Shown: in pieces, positions 12,746 to 24,980 of the stretch
Layout of the letters: every line of letters starts with the position of its first letter
Position numbering within the stretch: position 1 is the first letter of the stretch
Assembly: GCF_036971445.1 (NCBI RefSeq)
Contig: NC_091469.1
Span: 288,982,001 to 289,046,000, forward strand
Length of the DNA stretch: 64,000 nucleotides
Reading direction: 5' to 3'
From: Narcine bancroftii
Taxonomy: Eukaryota
Notes under the pieces: model-generated
The model's database searches: none
What the model was told of the DNA's origin: nothing
Seen by the model: only the letters and a program-made list of their open reading frames with translations
Translations under genes and position numbers: made by a program

Positions 12746-13504
12746 GATAGACACATGAATATGGAGGAGTATGGATCATGTAGAGGCAGCAGAGTTTTAG
12801 TTTAATTTGGGCATCATGTTGGGGGCAGACTTGAGCTGAAGGGCCTGTTTCTTTGTGGTACTATTCTGTGTTCTATTGTTGGCTGGATTATGGAGAATGG
12901 GTGGGCTACATTGTCAGCCTGTCGTAGCATGGAAACAGGCCCAACTTACTCACGCTGACCAAAATGTCCCACCCACACTTGTCCCACCTGCCAGCATTTG
13001 CCCTCTAAATCGATCCTATCCATATATCTGCTCTATTTATTTCTTTAAACGTCGCAATAGTACCTGCCTCAACCACCACCTCTGACAGTTTCTTCCACAC
13101 TCCCACTGCCTAAAAAAAAGTTACCCTCGGGATCCTGTTAAGTCTTGCCCCGAACCTAAAACCCATGGCCACTGTTTTCCATTTCCTTACTCTGCGCAAA
13201 AGAATCTCTGTGTTCCTCTGATCTATTCCGTTCATGAATTTTCATACCGCCCTACTGGTGCATTTTCTGGGTAGAAGCTCTTCTGTTCAAAAGCCATTAG
13301 CACAGACTACTGAAAGGAAACAGAGTTGATGGTTGCTGTAGATGGTTTCATTTTCCAATACACTGCTAATCAGGACAGACACACATCCACATTCTCCACT
13401 ACAATATTCTGGCATTGAGTGCTTTCTTGGCCTTTAAATTATAATGGGTTTTGTGCTCAGTTGAAGAAATGATTTAAAAAGTTCTTTGGGGTATTTTACC
13501 ATTG

Positions 13505-13840
13505 TCTGTCTCTCTCTCTCCTCCTCTCTTTATCCCCCCCTCTCAGTCTCCCCTTTCTGTTTCCTCGTCTCTGTCCCCCCTCCTTTACCCCCTCTGTCTC
13601 CCCTCTTTCTGTCTCCCCTCTCTCTGTCCCCCTCTCTCTCCACCCCCTCTGTCCCCCTCTCTGACCCCCCTCTCTTCCCCCCTCTCTGTCCCCTCCCTTC
13701 TCTGTCTCCCCTTTCTGTCCCCCCTCTCTACCCCAACTCTGTCCCCACTTTGTCCCCCTCCTCTCTGTACCCCTCTTCCCCCCCCACTCTGTCCCCCTCT
13801 CTGTCCCCCCTCTCTGCCCCCAACTCTGTCCCCCCACTCC
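13505..13840. repeat. CT-rich low-complexity tract (ctctgtcccc-like units)
   Basis: Degenerate pyrimidine repeat; source of the spurious Pro/Ser and Gly/Arg ORFs. Confidence 0.9.
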
Positions 13841-13849
13841 ACTACAAGA

Positions 13850-14263
13850 GCCGGGGCTCTTGAGTCCCAGTAACTCAGCATCACAGGGGGTCCAGGAAGT
13901 TCAGGAAGCTCAAAGTCCTCCAGTAGTGAGGCACTCGACCAGAATAACTGGACCTCCTGACAGACTCAACTTGTAAGTATTTGTAAATTATTAGTGTTTT
14001 GAATGTATGGTCTCTGTTTTTCACCTGTAGATTCTCTTCTGAAGGAAGGGGTGAATGCAGTGAACAGGAATTTGCTGACTGTGTAGTTTAGATGGCTGTC
14101 CCCTTCTTTGTCACCGCACCACCTACCCCAATATAAACCCTAGTTTTTCCACCTTACCTCAGATTCACCTGAGGATTATTGTATCTAACGGCCATTGATT
14201 GTAAGCTGTTAAAAGCGTGTTTGCACTCCTCTCAAGTCTCCGAGTGTAATCAGTCACATTACA
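13850..14263 (+). mobile_element. Ty3/Gypsy LTR retrotransposon 3' end: integrase tail, PPT and about 208-bp 3' LTR
   Basis: VRHSTRITGPPDRLNL* (stop 13974-13976) resembles the R.S.R...PP.RL end of Gypsy Pol. Polypurine tract GAAGGAAGGGGTGAA at 14041-14055, then TG(14056)...CATTACA(14263) with internal TATAAA. Confidence 0.7.
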
Positions 14264-14572
14264 AGATGCCACAAGACTCGCACCACCAGGTTCAGTAACA
14301 GCTGCTCCCCCTCCACCATCAGACTCATCAATGACAAACTCAATCAGGGACTCAGTTAAGAACTCTTACTTGTGCACTTTATTGATTTTCTTTTGTTCTC
14401 TCTGTATTGCACAGTCAGTTTGTTTACAGTTCTTTAGTTGTTTACATGCTTATGCTGTGTACAGTTTATTTTTTGCACTATCAATAAATGGTAGTTCTCC
14501 CTGACTTGCAAGGAAAAGAATCTCAGGGTTGTATGTGATGTTATGTATGTACTCTGGCAATAAATCTGAATC
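14264..14572 (+). mobile_element. Rex1/Babar LINE 3' end
   Basis: Same sequence as 12105-12440 in opposite orientation; tail aataaatctgaatctg. Confidence 0.8.
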
Positions 14573-14994
14573 TGCATGTTTAAAATGCTCAGCAGGTCAG
14601 CCCATCTCTCTGGGACAAGAAATAGAGCCTATGTTTCTGCTCAAAGTTCCTTCAGCAGTAGAGCAGATGGACCTACTGTCTCCCAGCTCTGACCCAGGTT
14701 CATTCCTGACCTCCAGTGCTGACTGTGTCGGGTGTGTACATTGGCATTTTGACCACGTGGACTTTCTCTGGGGGGGTGGGGGTGGGACTCCAGTTTCCTC
14801 TCACATGTCAAAAATGCACTAGTTGGCAGATGGAAGATTCCCTCAAGCAATTATCCATGTGTATTTGTCCTAAGTATGAATTGTTTATCTGTATGTGTGT
14901 TATGTCTAGTGGTATGTCTGCATGCTCTGCACCGAGGACTGGAGAATCGCGTTTTGTTAGTTTGTGTTTGTACAATTGGATAACAATAAACTTG

Positions 14995-15250
14995 AACCCT
15001 GCTGTCCAAAACTCTGTCTAACTTGACCTTAAATGAATTCAATGAGGCCACCTTTACTGCTTCCTTGGGCAGAGAACTCCACGGATTCACTCCTCTCTGG
15101 GAGAACCAGTTCCTCCTCTGTCTTAAATCTGCTCCTCTGAGCCTTGAAACCATGCTCCCTGGTTCTAGTCCCATTTGCCAGTGGAAACAACCTCCCCGCT
15201 TCTGTCTGATCTATTCCTTTCATACTTTAGTTTCCAGAAGATCTCCCTTC
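14995..15250 (-). mobile_element. CR1 LINE 3' fragment
   Basis: MKGID..RLFPL..TR.HG..RRNWFSQRGVNPWSSLP..FKVKLDR. Confidence 0.8.
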
Positions 15251-15974
15251 AATTTCGCTGCACTTGTATTGATGACCACAATCTCTTCATTTGTTCGAAA
15301 AGTGGTACTCCCTTTGGACTGCCCAGGGGTGTTGGTTTTGGATTTTATGAGGCAGTCAGTGGCAGGGACCTTGACCCTAGAATGTACGACTGCCTGCTGA
15401 CTGTTCAGACCTAGAGTAAAGTAGAAAGGGACAAGAGGGGTAGGTACCAGGGGACAAAAAGTTGGAGGGGGGCAGTTATGGGAAGGGGGTCAGAATCATG
15501 AGGACCGAGGGTGGGTTCCAGAGTTGTAACCTAGAACATTACAGCACAGAACAGGCCCTTCAGCCCCAATGTGCCAACCTATATAAACCTACTCAACAAT
15601 CTAGCCCTTTTCCACATCACCTACCTCAAACCCAGAACCTTCTATTTTTCTTGCATCCATGTGCTGTCTAAGAGTCTTTTAAATGTTGGGGGTGGGAGAG
15701 AGAAGGGAACTGAAGAAAATATTGCATAATTGTGTGTGTCCAAGTGCCTATGTCTGTACATGTAAATTAATTAAGGTCATAAATAAGGTAAATGGATAAG
15801 TACTTCCTCCCCCCCCTCCCAACCAGAGAAGAGAAGTCTGAACAAGAGGGCATAGATTTAAGATAAGATGAGAAAGATATAAAAGGGATCTGAGGGCCAA
15901 CCTTTCCCACAGAGAGGGTGGTGGGTATATGGGATGAAGTGGTCGAGTGAGGACTATTGAAATCAGACAGATCC

Positions 15975-16165
15975 CACACTGTTTGTAAGGTGCTTGTACG
16001 GTCTCCCTATGTCTGTGTGGGTTTTCTCCGGGGGTTCTGGTTTCCTCTCACCCTTCAGAACGCACTGGGGGTTTGTAGGTTAATTGGATATAATTGGCGG
16101 CATGGGCTTGTGGGGTGGAATGGCCCGTTACCATGTTGTATGTCTAAATTTTAAAATTAAATTAC
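15975..16165 (+). mobile_element. V-SINE (HE1-like), 5'-truncated
   Basis: V-domain gtgggttttctccggggg and tail tgtatgtctaaatttt. Confidence 0.8.
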
Positions 16166-16241
16166 ATTTTAAAAATGTAGGTAGGGAAGGTTTAGAGGGG
16201 TAGAGGACAGAGGTAAATAGGTCTTCCTCAGGTAGACAACT

Positions 16242-16415
16242 TAAAATCTGGAGACACTGTGATTGTAGAGAAAGCACTGAAGTGTTGGAAGAACTCAGCA
16301 GGTCTCGCAGCACCTACAGGAGACAAAGATACTGGGTCTGGAACGTCGGTTATATATCTTTATCTCCTATGGACGCTGTGACTGGCTGAGTTCCCTCAGC
16401 ACTTTTTTGTTTTTA
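16242..16415. mobile_element. Palindromic Penelope-terminus-derived element with 13-bp target-site duplication
   Basis: Arms gaactcagcaggtctcgcagcacctacaggagacaaagata and tatctttatctcctatggacgctgtgactggctgagttc are inverted. Flanked by CAGGTAGACAACT at 16229-16241 and 16416-16428. Confidence 0.75.
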
Positions 16416-16914
16416 CAGGTAGACAACTCGGAGGTGGCATGACAGTTAACCGTAATCATCAGTGATCTCGATTTCCCAGACATGGTCAGACATGGGATGC
16501 CACACAATATTCAGTCCCACCTGCAGCTCTTCTGCCAGTGGACCAGTCAGCGGCTGCATGCAGCCACACCTGTCACGCTCAGACTGAAATGACGAGTGAC
16601 ATTTGTGACATAGAAGTGCCACGCAATGAGCAGAATGAGCTGCAGCACCTACCCTCGCTGTTGAATGGCATTTCCACTGCCGGCTGCTCTCTAATCTTCA
16701 GCTAAGCTTGCTCACAGAGGCACATTGCGAGTGGTCTCTAGGGGAGGGATGGAAGGTTCCTGATGATTGATCGTGGCAGGAGGAAAATGAGACATCTAGT
16801 TTTTCACAGTGTGTATTTTACTCCAGGACTCTTTTGCAGGTAGCTGTCAAAGGCCATTGGAGAGTGATCAAATTTACCCAGAGTAGTATGTAAATCTAAG
16901 TATCGGCTCCATCT

Positions 16915-17335
16915 AGCAGGCAACATTTATATAAATGACATTCTTTAAAAAAAAATAAAGTGCAAACAAAGAGAGAAAGTGAGGAGGTGTCCGCGGTTCA
17001 TTGTCCATTCAGGAATCTGATGGTGGAGGGGGAAGAAGTTGTTTTTGTACCATTGGATGTTTGTCTTCAGGCTCCTGTATCCCCTTCCTGATGGTAGCAG
17101 AGTGAAGAGGGCATGGCCTGGGTGTTGAGGGTCCTTGAGGATAGGGGCTGCTTTCTTGAGACACTGCCTCTTGTAGATGTCCTCGATGGAGTGGAGACTG
17201 ATGCCCATGATGGCACTGGCCGAGTTCACAACTCTCTGTAGCCTCTTCCTGTCCTGTGCATTGGCGCCTCTGTACCAGACAACAATGCAACCAGACAGAA
17301 TGCTCTCCATGGTACCCCTGTAGAAGTTTGCAAGA
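16915..17335 (-). mobile_element. Rex1/Babar LINE 3' fragment
   Basis: ORF MESILSGCIVVWY..LLPSGRGYRSLKT..NNFFP. Confidence 0.88.
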
Positions 17336-18399
17336 ATAGTTTACATTCAACTGCCGAGCATACCATTCCACTCAGAAAAAGAAGCTAAATGCTCATTCCT
17401 TCGATGTTCTATATTAAAAATAAACCTGTTTGTCCCAAGAGCCCAGCCTGTTCAATCTTTGTTCATAGTTGTAAACTATGCCTCCATGCAGTCTCCAAGT
17501 GTGGTTTGACCAAAGTATGTAAAGTTCAGAAGTGTGCACAGATTAAGTGTGGTCTGATCAACGTTCTATCGTGCTTTGGAAGATGGTGTCAGTTCAGTTA
17601 CTCACGGATGTATTAGGGAAGCCACAAAATGCTGCAGATGCTGCAACCCTGAGTGAACAAAGAGAAGCTGGTGGGACTCGAGCAACGTCTGTCAAGAGAG
17701 TTTTGGGGCTGGACTCTTCATTGAGACCTGGCTGGTTTCAGCTGCAACGCCTTGACCCTTCTCTCAAGAAGTCTAAAAGTGCCCTAACCCCAAAACGTTG
17801 ACCGACCATTGCTTCCCACAGATACTGACTGACCTGTCCCTCCAACTTCTCTTCCTCCACTCGAGATTACAGCATCCGCATTTCTGGTTTCTCGATGTTT
17901 TATTCTCTTTTAATGCAGTTCTTCTGTTTTTTTTAATGTCTCTCTCGAGAAATGAATGTCCTTGATTTGCTTTTTTTTCAGCAATCTCCTGTGTTACTGA
18001 TTTCTGTGAATAGTGTGTTCATTGGCTGAGATCCTGCTGTTCCTTTGCTCCTCTTGTTATCCAAGCTGAGTGTGGTCTCCTCATTTTGCCTGACGATGCA
18101 GGCTGAATTATGCATTTTGTAGTGCAATTCAATTGACAATTAGATAGCCAACTCTGCAAGTTTAGTAATGCTTTGCATTTTTTCAGCTGTCTTACTTAGT
18201 TCCTATCTGATTTTTATCTCCCCCTTTTCATTCCTATTGGGATCTTTTGGGAAATATTTTAGATTTCCAATCGTTAGTTAATAAATCTGAGGCAAGGCTA
18301 CCATCCAAATCAATAAACATGTCAAAGCACACAAGAGGAGAAAATGAACTTGATCGCTGATGTTGAAAAGGTCTAGTTTGAGGTAGGATTAGATCAAAC

Positions 18400-18820
18400 C
18401 AAGTCAAATGGAGTTTATGGTCATCCGATTGTACAAGCAGAGCTCTCCGGTCCTCGATGCAAAACACACAGACACACAACCAGATTTAATGCACCTACAA
18501 ACAAATAATACATAGGCAGACCAAGTATTCAGATATACAAATAAATAAGTAATATGGTTTTGTCTCGGATGAGTAGTGTGAGCCGTCCCTTTGGTCGTTC
18601 AACATTTTCACTGCCCGTGAGAAGAATCGGTTCCTCAGCTTGGTGGTGATCCTCCTGCCCTCCTGTACCTCTTCCCTGATGGGAACAACTGAAAGATGCT
18701 GTGCGCAGGGTGGAAGTGGTCCTCGGTGATTTGGCCCTCGGTGATTTGGCACCCCCTCTTCAGTCAACAATCCCAGTAGATCATGTTGATTGGGGCAGTG
18801 GTGGGGGAGGGAGACCCCTG
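18400..18820 (-). mobile_element. Rex1/Babar LINE 3' fragment (third subfamily)
   Basis: ..TTKLRNRFFSRAVKMLN; 3'UTR shared with 35145-35460 and 37250-37470. Confidence 0.8.
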
Positions 18821-18939
18821 TTGAGAGTTTATTGTCATGCACACAAATACTATGTACCAATACACTGAAATTCTTGCTAAGGCTGCACTGGTTGGTAAAA
18901 TGCACTCATAAACAACAAGAACCAATCAAATTCCCACCA

Positions 18940-19640
18940 GTGATATTTCAGTGCCAGTGACACAGGTTCGAATCTGGCGCAGTCCGTAAGGAGTATTTAT
19001 GTTCTCCCCATGTCTACATGGGTTTCCTCCCACTGCTCTGGTTTCCTCCCAAAAAACGTCCTGCGGTTTGTAGGTTAATTGGATATATTTGGGCGATACA
19101 GTTACAAATGGCCCGAATCGGTTTCTGCCATGCTGTAAATAACATTTACAGACATGGGGCAGCACAGTTAGCATAGCGGTTAGTTATTACAACCTCAGCG
19201 ATCTGGGTTCGAATCCTGTGCTGTCTGTAAGGAGTTTGTACGATCTCCCTGTGGCTGTGTGGGTTTCCTCTGGGTGGGTGGGGGGGGGTCGATCAAAAAT
19301 ATACAGAGGTTGTAGGTCAGTTGGTATATTTGCAGGGCGCGGGCTCATGGGCTAGAAGGCTCTGTAACTGTGCTGTATGTCTACATTTACAATTTAAATT
19401 TTAAAATTAAATTAAATTATGGCCCATGAGTCTGTGCCGCCAATTTACACCCATTTAACCTACATCCCTGGTACATTTCGAATGATGGGAGGAAACCGAA
19501 GCACCCCCCCCCTCCCAGGGGGCAACTACACAGACATGGGGAGAACGTACAAACAGTCAGCGCGGGATTCGAAAGCCAGACCTGATCACTGGCGCTGTAA
19601 AGGCATTGCGCTAACTCCCATGCCAACCATGCTGAATAGC
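18940..19640. mobile_element. Cluster of three V-SINEs: two + copies (about 18940-19150, 19156-19415) and one - copy (about 19416-19635)
   Basis: Each has a B-box (GGTTCGAATC or its reverse complement) and V-domain. Confidence 0.8.
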
Positions 19641-19897
19641 ATGAATATTCACAGTCCGTACAAAAAATGTGATGTTTCAATCTTGCAGACTTATCTTTTG
19701 GTCGTCCTGGATTGTGGTTGTACAGGGAGGTTCAAGAACCTGATAGCTGATGGAAAGAATCAGATAATGTTCTCAATCTTATGTTCTCTCTGCCCAATAT
19801 TTGCATGTGTTGATATGAGTAAATTCAATGACTGAATTAATTCTTGATGCAGTGCAGTGAACTCAAAACTGTCATTCCTTTCAATGTCCTTATTTGG

Positions 19898-20497
19898 TAT
19901 GTCTGCTCCCATGCCCTTTGGTCCAGCATTGTATCTTTTCCCATGCCCTTTGGTCCAGCATTGTATCTGCTCCCATGCCCTTTGGTCCAGCATTGTATCT
20001 GCTCCCATGCCCTTTGGTCCAGCATTGTATCTGCTCCCATGCCCTTTGGTCCAGCATTGTATCTGCTCCCATGCCCTTTGGTCCAGCATTGTATCTGCTC
20101 CCATGCCCTTTGGTCCAGCATTGTATCTGCTCCCATGCCCTTTGGACCAGCATTGTATCTGCTCCCATGCCCTTTGTTCCAGCATTGTATCTGCTCCCAT
20201 GCCCTTTGGTCCAGCATTGTATCTGCTCCCATGCCCTTTGTTCCAGCATTGTATCTGCTCCCATGCCCTTTGGTCCAGCATTGTATCTGCTCCCATGCCC
20301 TTTGGTCCAGCATTGTATCTGTTCCCATGCCCTTTGGTCCAGCATTGTATCTGCTCCCATGCCCTTTGTTCCAGCATTGTATCTGCTCCCATGCCCTTTG
20401 GTCCAGCATTGTATCTGCCCCCATGCCCTTTGGTCCAGCATTGTATCTGCTCCCATGCCCTTTGTTCCAGCATTGTATCTGCTCCCATGCCCTTTGG
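19898..20497. repeat. 32-bp minisatellite, about 19 copies
   Basis: Unit TGTATCTGCTCCCATGCCCTTTGGTCCAGCAT, nearly invariant. Confidence 0.97.
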
Positions 20498-20949
20498 TGT
20501 TCTGTCTGTAGTCTTCACTACGTGTATGACAGTTCAATATCAAGGGTTTCAACTGCCAAAGGGGCCATTCTCTGAAGCATCCATTAGCCACCTCATTGCA
20601 TTTCCAGCCACCTCTAGGCCACTCTGTTTCACCTGGTTTACATCCATCAAATGTGGTGTTCTTGTGCTTCGCAAACCTAGAGACAGGTTCAATCCTGACC
20701 TGCCGTGCTGCCTGTGGGAAGTTTGCATGTTCCCACTGTACTGGTGTGGGTTTCCTCCAGGTGCTCTGCTCTCTCCTACACTCTGGAGCACAGGTAAGGA
20801 CAGATATGGGAATGTGGGAGAATTATAAAGTGAGATTAATGTTGGATTAGTGTTTGACAGTCAGTACAGACTTGATGGGCTGATGGGCCTGTTTTCATGC
20901 TGTATCTCTCCTTAACTCCAAAAAAAATGGATTAGCTACTCTTGCAGCA

Positions 20950-21625
20950 GCTCTGGAAATGCTGCCACTGATGTAGACCCTGGAGAGCAGAGACACTGCG
21001 CTGGTCCGAAGGGTTAATGCCAGTGGCTCCATACAGGTTTCAAACAGCCTGTTAGAGGAGTAAGTAGCTATTTAGAAATCCTGCAACTACCGGGTCTATG
21101 CCCAAGGTGGCAGCGCCTGTGCTGGACAGCGGCCTTGAGGGGATTGCAGAATCCTGGGAGCTGCGGACCGGCACAGGGCACCAAAAATGGGAAGACCCCC
21201 CCCCTCCCCATTGAGAAGAAGAAGCAGAGGAGACTGAGGGCAGCGACCATGGGAGCCGACAAACTGAGGGACCCACACAGGCTGCTGGAGACCAATTCAT
21301 GGGAACCAAGCATCGGCGCTGGGATTCAAGACGGTGCTGAAGGCAAGAAGTGCTCCCGAAGGGTCTCCTGATCATGTCAAGGGTTGGTCGATGAATCGAA
21401 CAGGAATTTGTGTGGTTGCAGGGGCTGCAGGAGCGCTGGAGGCGAATCCACGGGCACTCAGCGACTCTAAAGGGACACTCTTTTGCTTCTCTTTCCCTCT
21501 TACTGCAAGTGGCACTGGGAAATACTGACGACAACTTTATCTGCCTCACGGCAGAGAGAAGGCAGTTTCATGTAATATTACATTTTCTCCTCTATTAAAT
21601 GACAATAAAGGAATCTTGAATCTTC
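20950..21625 (+). mobile_element. Unclassified non-coding interspersed repeat with LINE-type tail
   Basis: Ends atgacaataaaggaatcttgaatctt. Homologous pieces at 1285-1440(-), 22497-22780(+), 26322-26665(-), 56070-56715(-), 59495-59955(-). Confidence 0.7.
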
Positions 21626-23234
21626 ACTAAAAGTCCTGAAGACCATGTAATTCTAAATGGAGGAGTGTCCAGTCTGATGATCTTGGTTAGGGCCACCTGT
21701 GGTCCTTGCTTCAGTTCCCCCACATCATCGTTTACCCAGCCTCCTGCAAGATTATTCAGCCTTTCTCTCCGATTGTTAACTTTTTTGAAAGACGGTGCTT
21801 TTCCCATTTCAGCAAAACTACTTGAGCTGAATGCATTTTCAGAAGGTCTCTGCAAAATCCCCTGCAATGCTTAACATCGACGACATTGTAATCTTTTAGA
21901 ACAGCCATCGCTGAGAGTGAAGATTCCATGTTTGAACTGCTTGTCAAATATTAAATTATGAAGACGACTTGTTAACCAGAATGTGTGCTGATATTTTGTG
22001 TTGATAACATAGTTCCATTAAATATTGAAAGTGGCAACTAATGTCCAAGACAGAGTGTCCGGAACAAACCCAGCAATCTAATTAATATTTGCATCGACTC
22101 AGGCAAAGAATCTGGTGCTGCATTGTAAACATTTATCTGTGCACTCTGTAAGGTGGATTGGCCAAATACTTAACTTTAATGTTAATATATGACAAAGTTG
22201 CGCTTTTAGAATCAGCCTTCCAATCAACGTTTTAAGCTCTGAAGAAAACAATAAGAGTGAATATGTCAATTGGAAAACAAGTTCCGGGGGTGTTGTTATG
22301 GTTCTAAATTCTAAAATGATACATTCCTGGCCCAGGTTCTTTAGCCCACAAAATCTACACTGAACCGCCGAGTCCAGCCCCCGTTCCATGCCCTGCATAT
22401 TTGCATGTCTAAGTAAAGGTGTCTTAAATTCTGGTGTCACATCTGCTTCCATCCCTAACCCTGGAAACCCATTCCAGGCACCTGGAAAAACCTGGGTTTT
22501 GGAGCCAGGATTCGAGAGGGTGCTGAATGCAAGATGGGTCACCAAGGCCCTCAGGTGCTGGAGGCTTCCTCATCATGTCGGCGGGTTGGATCTGGAGCTT
22601 GGGTCACTGATGGATTGAACAGAGGTCTGTGCGGCTGCAGAGGCTGCGGGAGTGCTGGAGGTGAATCCATGGACACTCAGTGACTCTGAAGAGACTCTGT
22701 TTTGCTTCTCTTTCTCTCGTACTGTCAGGAACACCGGGTGACTCTTTTTCTGCCTTACGTCAGGTAGAAGGCAGTTTTATGTAATATTACATGTTCTGTA
22801 CTATTTACATGACAATAAATGAATCTTGAATATCTTGAAAATTTGTCCTGCTCATCTCCTTTGGAATTCTCCTTCTCCCCTTACTTTAAATGTCCTCTAG
22901 ATTTGACATTTTTATGCTAGGATGAAGATTCTATCAATGCTTCTCCTGATTTATGAACCATTAGGTTACCCCTTAGGCTCCGATTCTCCAGGGAATACCA
23001 CCTAAATTCATCTAATCTCTCCCCAATCACCCAAGCCCTCTAATCCAGACACCATCCTATTACATTTTTTCTGTATCATTTCCAAAACCTCCATCTTCTT
23101 CCTGGAATGGAGTAACCGGAACTGCTCAGAATACTCCAAGCTCAGAGTGAAACAGGAAAGTATGCAGACACTGTGACTGTAGTAAAAACACAGAAGTGCT
23201 GGAAGAGCTCAGCAGGTCGTGCAGCATCTAAAGG

Positions 23235-24000
23235 AGAAGTGGCAGATGGATTTCAATCCAGATAAGTGTAAGGTGTTGTACTTTGGAAGGACAAACCAGA
23301 AGGCTGAGTACAGGGTTAATAGTTAGTTACTTAAGAATGTGGATGAACAGAGGGACCTTGGGGTCCAAATCCATACATCCCTCAAGGCTGCCGCAGATAA
23401 GATAGTTCAGAAGGCCTATGGGATGCTGGACTTCATTGAGTTCAAGAGTGGAGAGGTCATGTTGCAATTCTACCAATCTATGGTTGAGACCATACTTAGA
23501 GTATTGTGTTCATTTCTGGTCACCTCATTATAAGAAGGATGTGGAAGCTATGGAGAAGGAGCAGAAGAGATTTACTAGGATGTGCCCTGGATTGGAAAAC
23601 AAGTCGCATGAGGCAAGGTTGGTAGAATTGGGGCTTTTTTCCTTGGAGCGAAGAAGGATGAGAGGAAACTTGATAGGGGTTTACAAGATTATGAGAGGTG
23701 TTGATTTGATAGGGTGGACGGCCAGCACCAGTTTCCCAAGGCAGGAATAGCAAACACCAGAGGGGACATGTGTACAAAGTGAAGGGACAAAAGTTTAGGG
23801 GGCATGTTTTTTGACAGAAAGTTGTGTGTGCCTGGAATGCCTTGCCAAAGATGGTGGTGGAGGTTAAAACATTAGGGACATTTAAGAAACTCTTAGACAG
23901 GCACATGGATGGAAGAAAAATAGAGGGTTATGGGGTAGGAATATGTGGGTCAGCACAAGATTGAGGGCTGAAGGGCCTATATGTAGTGTTCTCTGTTCTA
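23235..24000 (+). mobile_element. CR1 LINE 3' fragment
   Basis: EQRDLGVQIH.SLK..; RPYLEYCVHFWSPHYKKDVEAME..RFTRM..LGLFSLERRRMRG. Confidence 0.9.
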
Positions 24001-24504
24001 TGAGACATACACTTGTCATCACTTGAAGAGCTATAGAAAGATTCACAAGCCTTTTGCTGGTCTAGAGGGCTTAAATTTTAAAGAGAGGGTGGATAGGCTA
24101 GGACATTTTCACAATCAGAATCAGAATTAATTGTCTTGAAAATGTCACAGAATTTATTATTTTGTAGCAGCGTCACAGAGCAAATATTGCTATAAATTAC
24201 ATTTCAATCATAAATAAATAATGGAAGAAAATAGGAGAAAGTGAGGTAGTGTTTGTGGTTCCCTGGAGCATAAAAGGATAATGAGTGATCTTTAAGAGAT
24301 TATAAAATCATGAGGGCCATAGATTTTTTTCTTCCCAGGGTTGGGAATGTCTAAAACCAGAGGGCATAGGTTTCAGATAAGAGGAGAAAGATTTAAAGGG
24401 GATCTGAGGGGCGTGGAATGAGCTGCCAGAGGAAGTGGTAGAGGTGGAGACCATGACAACATTTGAAAGTCATTTGGACAGATTCGTGCATAGGGAAAGT
24501 TTAA

Positions 24505-24980
24505 TACCACAAGACGTAGGAGCAGAAATAGGCCATTCAGCCCATCGATTCTGCCCCACCATTCAATCATGAGCTGATCCATTTTCCCACTCTTCCCCAC
24601 TGTCTGACCTTCTCTCCTTTGATGCCCTGACTAAATATGAACCTATCAACCTCTGCCTTAAATACACCCAATGACCTGGCCTGCATAACTGCCTGTGTCA
24701 ACAAATTGCACCGATTTACCATCCTCTGGCTGAAAAAATTCCTCCACAACTCTGTTCCAAGTGGACACCCTTCAACCCTGAAGTTATGCCCTCTTGTCCT
24801 TGACTTTCCCACCATGGGAAACAACCTTTCTACATCTACTCTGTCCACGCCTTTCACCATTTTGAATGTTTCAATGAGATTCCCCCCTCATTCTCCTATA
24901 TTCCAATGAGTACCGACCAAGAGCCGTCATATGATAAGGCCTTCATTCCTGGAATCATCCTTGCACCCTCTCCAACGTCA
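24505..24980 (-). mobile_element. CR1 LINE 3' fragment nested in a + strand CR1 remnant
   Basis: KGVDRVDVERLFPMVGKSRTRGHNFR..NFFSQRMVN..FKAEVDRF. Confidence 0.85.

Noticed and set aside
19760-20828. Six long overlapping ORFs (195-323 aa)
   Set aside because: Produced by a stop-free 32-bp tandem repeat.
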